The notes beneath the pieces are model-generated. The model had not been told where the DNA came from. It saw only the letters and a list, made by a program, of their open reading frames with translations, and ran no database searches. This document shows positions 1 through 11,469 of a stretch of 64,000 nucleotides of DNA, piece after piece. This DNA comes from Raillietiella orientalis (taxonomy: Eukaryota): assembly GCA_036172245.1 (NCBI GenBank), contig JAYWIR010000001.1, positions 11,036,001 to 11,100,000 of the forward strand. Direction: 5' to 3'. The translations under genes were made by a program, and so were the position numbers. The first letter of the stretch is position 1. Each line of letters begins with the position of its first letter.

Positions 1-1054
1 CACCTTCCCAAAGTCCTTCTGCTCCACCTCACCGTTCCTTTCGTCTTCTCCAGCCTTTGTTTTGCCCTGTCCCTCTGCCCGGGATCGCCCTGGAAGTGGA
101 GATGGCCGGAGGAAGGTGAGGAGGGCCTATGCAGTGACCTCCGCTGGTGCGCATTTCCGATATGCTCACATCTGTGGGAAGGTCCAGCTCCGCCGTCAAG
201 GCCTCCGCTGTCTTGCTGGTCACCTCCTTACGGACACTCTTCAGACACGTTCAGAGGAAGAAGGGGAGAGCCGCCCACTGCTGAGCCCACGGCACTCAGA
301 GTCATCCCTGCCTGCGTGTCCACCACCAACTTTCCGCCAGACTATCCATGCCCAAAGATGGGAAGGCCCAGGAGAGCACGGGTAGCCAAGCCTGCTTCCC
401 GGATGCAAACCGACCTTGGCTCGTGAATTCGCTCACCTGTGGGTGCATGTGTAGTGCCTCCGAACGTCTTCCCTCCAGCTACAGGAGAAAAGCATCTTCC
501 TGACCTGTCTACTCCCCTTCATTTCATGGCCGTCTGTGTGAGGATGATGATCGGGAAGAGGAGGTGTGGAATCTTAACGAAAGTTCCTCTCCTCCTTTCT
601 TCCACCCCTCCTCCTCCCTTCATTCTTATCCTTCTCCTACTCTTTGGGAAATGCGTGCTGTAGATGCACTTTCGAATGCGCCCCGAGGAAGCGTGCGTCC
701 CGGATGTGGATACTTAAACCCGAAACCCTGAGAGACGCACATTTGATTTTACTGTAGTTTTCTTCTCAGTTTTTCCGATTCGGGATTTTGGAGTTTTCAT
801 CTTCTCAGGATCGTCCGTCGTGCAGCAGGATTGTCCCTTTCCCGACGGAGCAGAAGCATTTCCTCCCCGTCGTTATCCGATAAGACACTCCTTCCGGAGA
901 GCGGGTACAGCTGCAGATTCGGCAGCATCCCATTGGGGCGACCACACCTTCTCCCTACAAGGGTTACCCCAGTGGAAGACGACGGACGGCGCCGCAGCTC
1001 AAAAAGAAGGGGCAGTGACACCGCTGGATTGCGCCTCCGGGGAAGGTCGGGTCG

Positions 1055-1069
1055 CCGTACCGGGACTAA
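1055..1069. repeat. Target-site duplication, left copy
   Basis: CCGTACCGGGACTAA, identical to 3854-3868. Confidence 0.9.
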
Positions 1070-3853
1070 TTGTCACCCGGGTGCGCCGGGGCCTTTTTTT
1101 ATAAACTATCCGGGAACAGGGTTCCCGGACAAAGGGGAAAACAAGAGACGAAGGGGGTGGGATCCCCGACACGCAGGTCGGTATATTGAAAGTCCGGAAC
1201 GCGAGGGAGGGGACCACAAATACACTAGTATAAAAGATAAAAATAAAGATATGGGGAGGGTAGGGGACAGGGGTCTTTGGTACGGCCGTTCCTTCCTTTC
1301 AGATCCGGCGATGGATGCCGGCGATCTCTCTCCTCACGCCCTCCGGTAGATGGGCCCACTTGGCAGCCGACGCCATGTTCGCGCTGGCTAATCCGGTGGG
1401 CTGACGAAGGATGGCCAGCTTCTCCAACTCTCGGTGGGCCTTGTCGATGGCGCGGGTGCAACACACCGTTGCGACGACAGCACCCAATGACAGGCCGCCT
1501 GGCGTGAAGAAGCGGCGCATCAAGTCTCTTGCGGTGTCCCCCTGGTGCAGGAGAGCTGAGGCCAGCCTCCGCCACAGTCCTAGGAGGGCACCGCAGTCCA
1601 GGAGCAGGTTCGGGAGCGTTTCCACGTCCCCGCACCGTTTACAGTTCGGGGAGACAACTCCCCCGGAAACACGGTTCGTCCGCTGGTTGGAGTGAAAACC
1701 CCAATGCACCAGCATGGTGACGTCCTGTTTCCAAGTTAAAGGGAACACGGAAGTGTTCAAACAGGAGGGAGGGACCACAAGTTCTTCGGGGGGCACACTC
1801 AAGTGTTCACTCCACCGAAGGAGTCCCTTCGGGATGTGGCGAGGCGTGGCGGCGTCCGCCAGCTCGCAAGTCTTCCAGCCGCCAATAGGTCGCGTTGTTC
1901 CTGCGATGGTGCAGGCGACCTCCCATCTCGCCGGTTCGCAACTGTCATCTCTTGCCCTGAGGGCTGACAGTGCGTCTTCGAAGGGGGTGACGGCCAGGCG
2001 GGTCCACTTCTCCTGGCTGTTGCACACCTCATCCACCGTGCAGTACGGGGAGAGGTGAGCGCAACGGAGTTCCAGGAGGGAAACATCCTGGTGCTTTGCC
2101 CAGCCATGCAACGCCTCCTGCCGCCAGGATTCAAAGTTCGTTGGGCGGCAGGAGATCCATTCCTGGGCTGCCAGGAGCCGGCAGAGGGGCTTCAACGGGA
2201 AACCGAAGCTTCTCGTGGCGCGCTCCGTATGCGGCCGCAGCGACAGAAGTCCATCGCTGCCGGTGCAGCGCCGCAGAAGCAGGCGCGCGGGAGCGCACCA
2301 CGGAGTGGACCAAAGGTTGGCGCACAGGGCCAACATCCGAAGCTGCACCTTTAGCTCGATTCTCTCCAGCGTCAGGATGCCTAACCGGCATCCCGACGCG
2401 GAGCCGCCAAGTCTTTGAGGCGGATCCTGGACCTCGCAGGTCCCCACAGAGCGTTCCTCAACAGGCTGTGCGCCTGGAGCTTGGCCGAGTGGGGGGGCGG
2501 GCAAACAAAAAGCAGGAGGCGCAAGAGGGGGGCAACGAAGGTGTTCCATATCGTAGCCCGCTCCGGCAGGACGAACCTGCCATGGTGGAACGGGCTCAGG
2601 GCATTCGAAGCCTTCCGAAGGCAGTCCGACCACACTTCCACTGGGCTGATGTTCCCCAGCGGAACGCCCAGATATTGCATGGAGGAAGCGGTCGGGATCC
2701 CCAGGCGGATCCAGTCGGACTGCCCCTCCCACGCCGCACCAATAGGCACGACCACGCTCTTGCTCCGCTTTACGCTCATGCCCGCTCCCCGGCGAATCAG
2801 ATCGAAGAAATCCTCGAGACTGGACGCCGGGGTGGTCATGGGTAAGAGGAGAAGCAGGTCGTCAGCATAGGCCGCCACGGACGGCGTTCCTGGACAAGAG
2901 CTCGGCAGGTTGGCCAGCGTCAGCCTGTACGCCCTCAGCACCAACTCAAAGAAGATGCTGAAGAGCAACGGGCTTAAGCTGTCGCCCTGCCTGATGCCCC
3001 GCCGCACCGGCACGCCGTACACGTGGCAGCCGCTAAAAGAGATGGAAATGAGCGCGTGGCGCCAGCAAGCGCGCAAATACGCCACGAGGTGCACCGGGAG
3101 ACCGAGGCGTTCCAGGAGCTCCAGCAGGAGATCCTGATTTACGCAATCGAACGCCTTGCGGAGATCGACCGCGACCGCCAAGGCACCCGGCGCTTCCCCA
3201 GGCCGAATGCAGCGACGCCTTGCCTCGGCAACCGCAGATGCGGTTGCCTGGCTGTCGTGCGCCACGCAGCGTTGCAGCTCGAGCCACGTGCGCGCGAAGA
3301 ACAGGTTCGCCTCCATGGACCGCCCGGGAACAGCGTAAGACTGCTCCGGACTTACCACGGATCCAGCGATCCTGCCCAGGCGCGCGACCCACAGCCTGGA
3401 GAACAACTTGACGTCCGCATTCACCAAAGTGATCGGACGCCAGTTGCTTAAATGGCGCATGTCTCCGCCTTTCGGCAACAGACGCACCCTTGCTGAGCGA
3501 AACGAGGCCGGGACATTGCCCGTCTCTCGCATCAGCGCAGAAAGCCTCAGCACCAGGGGGATGAGTTCCGCCGCGAAGCACTGGAAGAACTCCGCAGGCA
3601 GACCATCCTCACTTGGCGCCTTGCGCTTCTTGAGGTCCTCTATGGCGGAAGACACTTCTTCCGCCGTGAAGGGCAAGTCGAGAGTGGCGCGTTCCTCCTC
3701 GTCGACTGCAGGGGCATCCGCCGGCAGAAGCAGCTCCGAGAGACTGCGTTCCGTCGGCTCCCTAGCATACAACGAGGAGTAGTAGCTCTTCAGGAGGCGG
3801 CGAACGTCGGCCGCTCCCGAGCACTCCAGGCCCTGGTCGTCGAGCAGACAAGC
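1070..3853 (-). mobile_element. 5'-truncated L1/Tx1-clade non-LTR retrotransposon (LINE copy 1)
   Basis: Contains an RT plus a C-terminal zinc-finger region. Bounded by a perfect 15-bp direct repeat CCGTACCGGGACTAA at 1055-1069 and 3854-3868 (TSD). No endonuclease or ORF1 lies inside the TSD, consistent with 5' truncation. Confidence 0.92.
1299..3853 (-). pseudogene. LINE ORF2 fragment: reverse transcriptase + zf-RVT-like C-terminus, one frameshift near 2384
   Basis: ORF 2381-3964 has KAPSEDGLPAEFF, NWRPITLVNADVKL, VDLRKAFDCV, RGIRQGDSLSPLLF and YADD. It stops at 'DAG*', and the expected LGILTL... continues in the frame of ORF 1299-2732, which contains CKRCGDVETLPNLLLDC. Confidence 0.9.
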
Positions 3854-3868
3854 CCGTACCGGGACTAA
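3854..3868. repeat. Target-site duplication, right copy
   Basis: CCGTACCGGGACTAA, identical to 1055-1069; LINE-like protein sequence starts immediately inside it. Confidence 0.9.
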
Positions 3869-5714
3869 GTCGCCTCCATCGCGCCGTCTATTCGTTCTGA
3901 AGGGACGAGGTGGTCGGCACTTGGACGTAATTCCGCTGGCTCCTGGCAGTGAGGACTTTCGCATCGTGCGGTAGGGGAGAGGGTGGGAGTCCCTCGTGGG
4001 AGGAGCGCGCGAGGAGGCGTCAGCGCTCTATCCCCCCGGAGCATGACCTCAGCGGCGGGCCCGCAGATGGTCCCAGGGCATCCGTCGTCGCCATTGTCGG
4101 AAGATCGGGCGATGCTCGTCCAATCGCCCTCAAAGTCCGCCGCCCACTGGGAAACCCCGAGAGCGGTCGCTCGGGGACCGGTTTTTTCTTCCGCTTCGAA
4201 CCGGGAGGAGGAGAAGGCGAAGAGAAACCGGGGAATAAAGCGGGCGGTCGCCTGCTGGTCCCAGTCTCGCCGTCAACAGCGCCGTCGGCCGCGCCGCCGC
4301 TGCTGGCGACCTTTCGCTTCCTGTCGAGGTTCCATCCCGTCTCGCGCCTCCGCGCGGGAGCGCTCCCTGCGCGGTAGCGGTGGTGGCAGCGGCGCGGACT
4401 GAGCCCGCGGGAAGGCTGGGAAGGGAAGGGGGGAGGAGAAGGGGGCTTCGGACGCGCATATAATAATTGCGTCCAGCTGCCAGGACTGCGGCAGTCTCCT
4501 CGCGTTCCCGCGCTGCCTCCCTCCCCCCCGCCGCCTCTCCAGGATCGCCCATTCCGGTGGGAGAGCCGAGAAGGAGGGAGTAAGCTGTAGGCCAAAGATT
4601 TCGTCCTTCTCCCGTCCATCCGAACTTCCTTGTTGGAGCTCCTGAAAGGAAGCCGCCGTTCCCCAAGGAGACCCGTAAATCAAGGCTTTCGACTTCTCTC
4701 CCGATTCACCGAATGCACGTCGTTCCATTTGCTTTCCCGTGTTCTCAGCCGCCGGGAGGAGACGTCAAAACGCGCTGAGATGTCATGGCTGGCAGCGGAG
4801 GGAAGGAGGGGGCCAATTGAATCGAGCACTCGTTCAGCCAGAGGCGTCCTTCCTCTCGTGCAATTTCCGGGTGCAGGGGAGGAAGGAGGAGGGGGAGAGA
4901 TGCACGCGAAAAATCGAATTTCTATCTCCTCGAACTCTTCCTGGTTAATGACTCCTCCCGCTTTCGTTCCTTTCTAATTAACACTCGGAATTCCGCGCGC
5001 TCCTCTTCAGCACCTCGATATCGCGGGCCTCGTCTCATACGGGTGTCCGCTCTGACATCACGAATTTCCCGGTCTTTCCCAGAACACGGGAGAGGGAGAG
5101 GGGTAGGAACCGGCCGGCCCCGGGGGGGGGGGCATATTTCTTCCAGTCTGGTTTCCGGGACGACCGGAACCGGAGCTCACCGACCCGTCCGGTGCGAATC
5201 GCTCGCCCGCGCCGAAAGCACGAAGGTGCGAGGCGTTCGCGGGCTGCTGCTGCCTCCGTTCCCCTCCCCCCCCCCCCTTCCTCCCTCTTCCTTCACCCTC
5301 CGATCCGTTTTCTGTGTCGCTCGCTCGAGGTCCCAGCGGGCGCGCGCGGCGGCTCGCGGAGCCACTGTGTCTCTAGCTGGGCGGGTCCTCAGGCCTCCCG
5401 GAGCGGTGCTACTCCTGCCCGGAAGGCCACCATCTAACGAGCATCCCGCCGAAGTCCTGAAAGGGCGGAAATCGGGCTGTTTCCTTTCTCACGACGCGCG
5501 CACTCGCCAGGAATCACGCGTCACCTCCTTCCCACTCCTCTTTCCCCTAAGCTTTCTTCACCGCCGGAGGGGCAGCTGCAAAGGGAACCGGCACTCCTCG
5601 ATGTCCTGGAAGTATCCCAGAAACTCAGCTTCCAATCCCGTGCGGTCAACGGGAGTTTACGGTTTCCACCCGGATCGCCGCACCCGACGCCCCTAAAGCC
5701 AACCGGCATCATCC

Positions 5715-7720
5715 TTACCACCCGGTTACGCTGGGGTGTTTATTAAAACTCTACAAAAACGTGGTACGAGGCCCCACTAACGGCCAACACAACACCGGAC
5801 CTGCCGGGACGCCGGGGAGCAGACCAGCGTGACTCTCCTCGGCAGTGGAGGGGGATGGGGGATAGAACAAAAAGAAAAATAAAATATAAGGAAAACAAAA
5901 AGAGTTGGGAGGGACGGGAAGGGATCACTGGCCACCGGGAGGAGGGTCCATCCTTTGCAGGATACCTTTCAGCTGCATTCTTCCCAGCTGGGGCCATTCC
6001 GCTGCTCTTACTAGGAAGCGAACAGCATATGGGATGACTTCCCTATCGTAAGCATCATCTTCTTCGTTGCGAACATCGCTCCAGGCCGCCACGATGCCGC
6101 GGCTGCAGCAAAGTGCTGCCAGGGCTGCGGCAGGCTGCAAGGCGTGCCGCACGAAAAGAAGCCAAAAACGTCTCTGAGCACGCTGCTCACCGGGAGACCG
6201 AGGATCGTCCCAAAAACATTCCCATAGGGGTCGGAGGTCACAGTCAACAAGAAGGTGGGAGCGATTCCCGCTCCCCACACCTGGCACACTGAAGATTCAC
6301 TGTTCCCCTCGTCCAGTGGAAGCGGCGTGCGTTGCAGGGTAGAACCAAATGCAACAGCAGCAGCGCCGACTCCTTCCACTTAAGGGTCAGAATCCTTGAT
6401 CCTCTTAATATCGGGAGCCACTTCAGCTCATCCATCGGGATGGCGAGCAGCTCGCCCCATCTTGTTAATCCATGCAGAAGGACGCTCGGGGTCCTCCATC
6501 CTGCCGGGGAGGGGAATCGAAACCCACGACGCGACCGACCCCCAATTTATCGGCTTCGATGCTTCCCCGGGCGAGATTCGAACCAGCGATGCTCAGTGCC
6601 GCGCGCGTGCGGAGACCACAGCCGTCAACGCGGGCAAAAGAGAGGCGTGGCTGAACGCAGAGAGTCTGTAGGCAGGAAACCAGGATCTCGTGCAGAAAAT
6701 TCTTCTTGCGCGAGAATATGGAAAGAAGGATGGGCGTGCCCTTCTGGAGCTTCGCGTTGGCGGACGGCAGAAGGAGCGAAAGGCAGCAGCGCGCCGAAGC
6801 ATCGTCATTCCGGGTCGCCGAGGAGGCATCCTCCCTCCTATCAACTAAGAAGAAAGGCATTGGGAGTGGTCGCATTGAGCGGGATTTCTCGTTCCGGACT
6901 TTGCCGTCGGAAAGTCACTTCGAGGTCGAGTGACGGCACTTTCAGCAAGCTGGAGGTTGCCATCCATCCGCCGCCGGTTCTTCTCTAACAATATCTGGTT
7001 GGACCACCAACAGCTAGTCGAGCGGTGGAGCAACAAAAAAAAAGGGTGCTCGGACTCTTTAGCTTTCGGCATCGCGAAGGCGAATTCATCGATTGCTCCA
7101 AGGAAACCACAGCGAGAGATGCTGGTCATGACGGAGCGTGGATGTAGCCGTTTCCACCCAGCTCCAACCCACCTAACCCATTCCGCGCTCCGTGACGACA
7201 CTGAGACTGTGACTTCCTCTCCTGAGAGAGATCGTTCCCTCCGCAACCTACGCAGTTGCCAGCATCTCCAGTACTATGCATTGGTGAATGCCAGTGACTC
7301 GAAACGCGCTTTCGTCTTTCACCCGCTCTCAACGAGTTTTCAGCCACCCGCACCTGCTACACACAGTCCCTCGTTCCCCACTTGATCCACAGGGGCCGAC
7401 AGGGACCGGTCTCCTGCTAATCCCAAGCAGCTTTGCCACTTTCACGCATGACTCTGAAGGATTCTTCATCGGCTTGGTCAGCTCGGTAGCTGAAGAACAG
7501 TGGAAGAACCGTCCAGGAACTTCGTTGGGCAGTTTTTTTTTCTTCCCTCCATTTTCTAGATGACCGTGTTCGTCAGTTTGGAGACTCGAAAGTTGCTCGA
7601 AATGCTAATCTGTTAGAAATGATGATTTCTGGATGCCTTTTCCACCATTTTTCAGCTTTACTCCGTCTCGGACCTACTGACGCGGGACTTGCTCAAAGCA
7701 CCTCATCCTCCAGGGCATGG
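5715..7720 (-). mobile_element. Degenerate L1/Tx1-type LINE (copy 2), internally deleted
   Basis: Frameshifted zinc-finger region LTLKWKE...CARCGERES/HLLVDC (5925-6435) is homologous to copy 1. Remnants RATFESP (~7590) and RFFHCSSATEL/VMRESG (~7440-7510) match copy 1 RATLDLP and EFFQCFAAEL/LMRETG. Same 3' terminal motif. The 5' boundary is approximate. Confidence 0.75.
6497..6633 (-). mobile_element. tRNA-headed SINE-like element (5' part) nested in LINE copy 2
   Basis: Reverse complement reads CCGCGTTG...GGTTCGAATCTC...ATCGAAGCCGA...GCGTCGTGGGTTTCGATTCCCC, colinear with 44090-44220 and 21830-21960. Confidence 0.65.
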
Positions 7721-7814
7721 TGATGCGATGTCCGGCGTGTTGGAGTCTTTCTCGAACTTTCTCTTCCGAACATTAAGAGCGTAACAGAACAGCATCCTGA
7801 GCAGTCGCGCGAAG

Positions 7815-8620
7815 GGGGATTGGGGATCGACTGGGGACCGTGCCCAAAGGCTGTTCTCGTGGAACCCTCCTCCACATCAGACCTCCATGATCTCACTGGA
7901 GTAGTTGCTGCTACCACCAAGATCTGCGCCAGCGGCGGCTCCAGACGAGGTCGCACCCAAACCCTTCTGCGTCCACCGTCGCGACTCTCCCAATCGCCGA
8001 AACTTGACCACCCTGCCGCCCTCCGGAACGCTCCCTGATGGCAGAGACGGCTCCGCCCTGGCGGCTGGGTACAGGCTCGACGCTTGAGCACCACTCATCT
8101 CCAGGGCCGGTTGCTTCGGCAGGTGAGTCGTTGACGACACCCCTTGGCTGATTCCGACTTCCATGGCCACTGTCCTCCTGTCCATAGCGACCAACATCTT
8201 GCGTGGGATCTGATGAGCGTCACATTGGGCGCCGTAACCCAACTTTGGTTCATCCCACAGCGCCTGTTCTGCTCACCAAAATGGGTCTACTGGGCGCTCA
8301 TGGGTTTCATAGTCGGAGCTTCAGCTTTCAAGCAAGCTGGACCTCTCACCCATTACAAGTTTGATAGTGGTTGAGGTCATTTCAGCCACAAGGCCTCGAA
8401 TCATTCGCTTTACCGGATGACACTCCGTTCTTTTCCCGCTTCGGCGAGCTCCAGCTATCCTGATGGAAACTTCGGAGGGAACCAGCAGCTCTAAGATGGC
8501 TCGAGAAGTCCTTTACCCCTACACCCAGAAGCTCTTACGACCAACTTGCACGTCGAAATCGCTGCGGACCTCCACCAGTTTCCTCTGGCTTCGTCCTGGT
8601 CGGGCTTAGTTTATCATCGT
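7815..8620 (-). pseudogene. Decayed internal fragment of 28S (LSU) rRNA
   Basis: Reverse complement of conserved LSU blocks: CTACCACCAAGATCTGC, TTCGGCAGGTGAGT, GATTCCGACTTCCATGGCCAC, GGTTCATCCC, TCATTCGCTTTACCGGAT, GAAACTTCGGAGGGAACCAGC, TTTCCTCTGGCTTCG. Many substitutions and indels; no flanking rDNA. Confidence 0.93.
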
Positions 8621-8894
8621 TGCAAGATGACTGCACGTCAAAGATCATAGAAGGAGGTCCGCAGCTCTTTATTGAGATCAGGTCCCTCACCTTCCAACCC
8701 AACTATGGTCCACCCGACCGATAGACGGATGGGATCCATTCAACCAGTTGGCCAACAGCACCTCTCTCACGGCGTGAGGTATCCCCTTTCACTGGATCAA
8801 AAAACCTGGCGGGATGCGAGCGGCAGGGACGCGCGTGAAGCCTTCCTTTTGGTTTTCCTCTTCTTTCCTTTAGCCAGACGATCCTCGTTGGTGG

Positions 8895-9340
8895 CCTGTT
8901 CCCTTTGGGGTTTCCCTCCTGCTGTGAAAATGGAACCGTCCATTTTCACGACGGGATACACCATGGAGAAGGTTGGTACCCACCTCAGGAAATCGCATCT
9001 CCAGGGTTTGGGGAGGGGGCTGCTCCCTCTTGGGGAGCGGACCGCTCAGGGAAATTTGGAGAAGCATCCCTTCGGGGTTCTCTCCAGAGGAGGAAACGAG
9101 GAGCGATCCCCTTGCGTGCGCCTTCCGGAGAACAAATTGCAGAAGCGGATCCTTCGAAGAACACACGACGAGGGATCCCTTATGAGACAGCCATCTCCCC
9201 TTCCGATGGGGCTCCTCCACCACGCGTAAGAGGAGCGGACTTTATACTCTGGATCCTTCCTGAATTCATAACGTGGCCCCCTCCCGGGTACCCCCTATAA
9301 CTTGAAGAGTTACACGCACCCTCTGGTGGCATGAACAGCT
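8895..9340 (+). repeat. Body of the dispersed SINE-like repeat family
   Basis: Shares GAAGCATCCCTTCGGGGTTCTC..AGAGGAGGAAAC and CTATAACT.GAAGAGTT..CACG..CCCTC.GGTGGC with 22375-22660. Confidence 0.7.
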
Positions 9341-9949
9341 TTAAAGGGCTCTGTGAGTCCCTCTTTCAAGGAGGAGGCTTCAGAACTCCCAGAGAATCTC
9401 CAAAAACCCTTTCGTTTCAGCTTGGCATCTTTGCAACGGTTCGTTTCTTCCTCTCCATTTATGGAGTGTTCATCCAGAAGTATCCATAGATTTGATTTCT
9501 CGACATCTCCTGCAGCCTAATTTGCCTTCACTTTAATCTAACATCCGTCACCCCAAGACTTTGGCGGACTGTGGCCTTTCTCGCAGCGAGCTCGCTTCAG
9601 TGAAGTTAGCATGTTGTTGCTGAGTGGTATTCCAGAAACCTCTTTGCCTGCGCCTCTTTGCGAGTGTTCCGCGCGCCCAATTTCTCGCTCGAGGAGCATC
9701 GGAAACGCTCATCGCTCCTTCCTCTCCCACGAATTCCCCACCTCCGGTCAGCAGCTTGCTTGCTAGCTGTCTTCCCTCTAGTTGAAGGCATGGGAAACTC
9801 TAGGCCGCATGAACCTCCCCCCTCCTCAAAACTTGCTCGAGAGGAACCCCATCGGGATCCCCTCACATCTCTTGAGTGTTTGCCGCTACCGCGAAGACCT
9901 GTGCCAGAGATGGCGGCTCCAAAAGAGCCTTACGCTCGAATCCTCCCGT

Positions 9950-10560
9950 GAAGAAAGTAGAGCCACGCCTGAAGTCGTTGCACATCCATTAGGCGGGTTT
10001 TGAGTATTCTACAGCCTCCGTCCTGGTTCCCATGGCAGCCAACGAAACCTTCCATGGCACTGCTTGGGCCTCCGATATGGCACTCTGCTAGTGCGTATGC
10101 AGAAGATACGTGTAAGCTGCAGGTCCAATTTTCCGCACAAGGAGAGAGGCGGAACTTCTTGGAAACAAGGCAAACCATTCTTGCCGAATTCAGGAATGAC
10201 TCGGGCTATCAGATCTTCCGGATGCTGGCGTGCAGTAGAATCCCCACTCATCCTGTGTTTTGAAACTTGTCCTCGGAAACCTGTCCCTCTGTTTTCCTTG
10301 GAAAGTGCGTCCCTGGCTTCCGGATCTGATCCTTGAATCTTCCAATGTCTTTCCTTTTCACATCTTTTTCTCACCTCTCTCCCGTCGTCAGAGCATGCTT
10401 CGGAAGCATCTTTCTAAGATTTTGCAAGCACCATCGTCATTGGATCAAGGATAGCCTTCCCCTTCCCAGCCGGAAGTGGAACCGGCTGATGACTCATCAA
10501 CAAGACAAGCCTTCCTTCATCCCTTTGGGTGGCCTTAAAAGAGATCAGAACCGCCGGTAG
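9950..10560 (+). mobile_element. Probable heavily decayed LINE 3' (zinc-finger) remnant
   Basis: Broken peptides LLGPPIWH, RIPTH..ETCP and SHL..PVVRAC resemble the post-RT CCHC region. Many frameshifts. Confidence 0.35.
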
Positions 10561-11469
10561 GAAGGAGGGACCAAGAGTACTAAGGGTGTAAATTGCTCCT
10601 CCCGGATGTGCTGCAACCATCCACTTACACTAGAACCAAAGAAAGACATCGGACTGAGTTCGGCAGATCCAGGAGAGCCGAGACAGTAGTTGCTAAAAAA
10701 CAGCTTCCGGTCCAACATTTTTCTCCCTAAGGCATTTCCTTGTCAGAATTTCGGTGTCAAACAGCAATGCATGGAATGAATAATGAAGCTCAAGCGCTGC
10801 AGGTCGACAGGGTTGAATGAGAAGCGGCAAGGTTGGTCTGAAGTGGACAGCATAAGGGGACAATGGTCAGTGTGCAAGACGGGGACAACCCGAGACCTGA
10901 AATCTGACAAGCCTTTTTTCCGTAAAGCCGAAAGAGGTAGGGAAGCAGGACAAGATTGGGAAGAAAGGGGAAGAGGAAGGAGGGAGAGTTGGCTGATAAA
11001 TAAATGGGGAGGGTGGACGTAACGGCCTCTCAGAGTGGGCGAATCTGACACCTCGTTCAGCCCTGCTTCAGCAACGTTCCAGACGGCAGCGGGGATATCG
11101 ACGCTCACTTTGATTGGCTGACCACGCATTCAGGATGACCTGCCTCGAGGAGGCCTCCTTCCGCGTGAGGGTAGCAGGGGCAAAGAGTGGTGTGGTTCCT
11201 CTTTCATCTCGTATAGCGATCTGCAATGATCAACCTTACTGCACGAAGTGCGACAGAGAGGTCCGAACGAGAATATGAAATAGAAGGAGACCCTGGACAA
11301 TTGTAATAGACTGCCCTGAAACTAGCAGCAGCACTCAACCCCTCACCCTCACCTGCTTTTTCTCTCTCAAGACTCCCAGGGAACCAGTTTTATCACCATG
11401 GGGTCCTCCCTACCGTCCACTCCTTCCCTACTTCCGTCTCCAGCGAGGATCCGCTTCCGGCCGGCACAT

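Noticed and set aside
3869-5714. Idea that LINE copy 1 is a naturally endonuclease-less element in a head-to-tail telomeric-type array with copy 2
   Set aside because: The 15-bp TSD places the 5' end at 3853, so it is an ordinary 5' truncation and the intervening DNA is flank.
7815-8620. Functional rRNA gene or R1/R2 insertion locus
   Set aside because: Fragmentary and mutated at invariant positions; does not include the R1/R2 target region; no 18S or 5.8S nearby.
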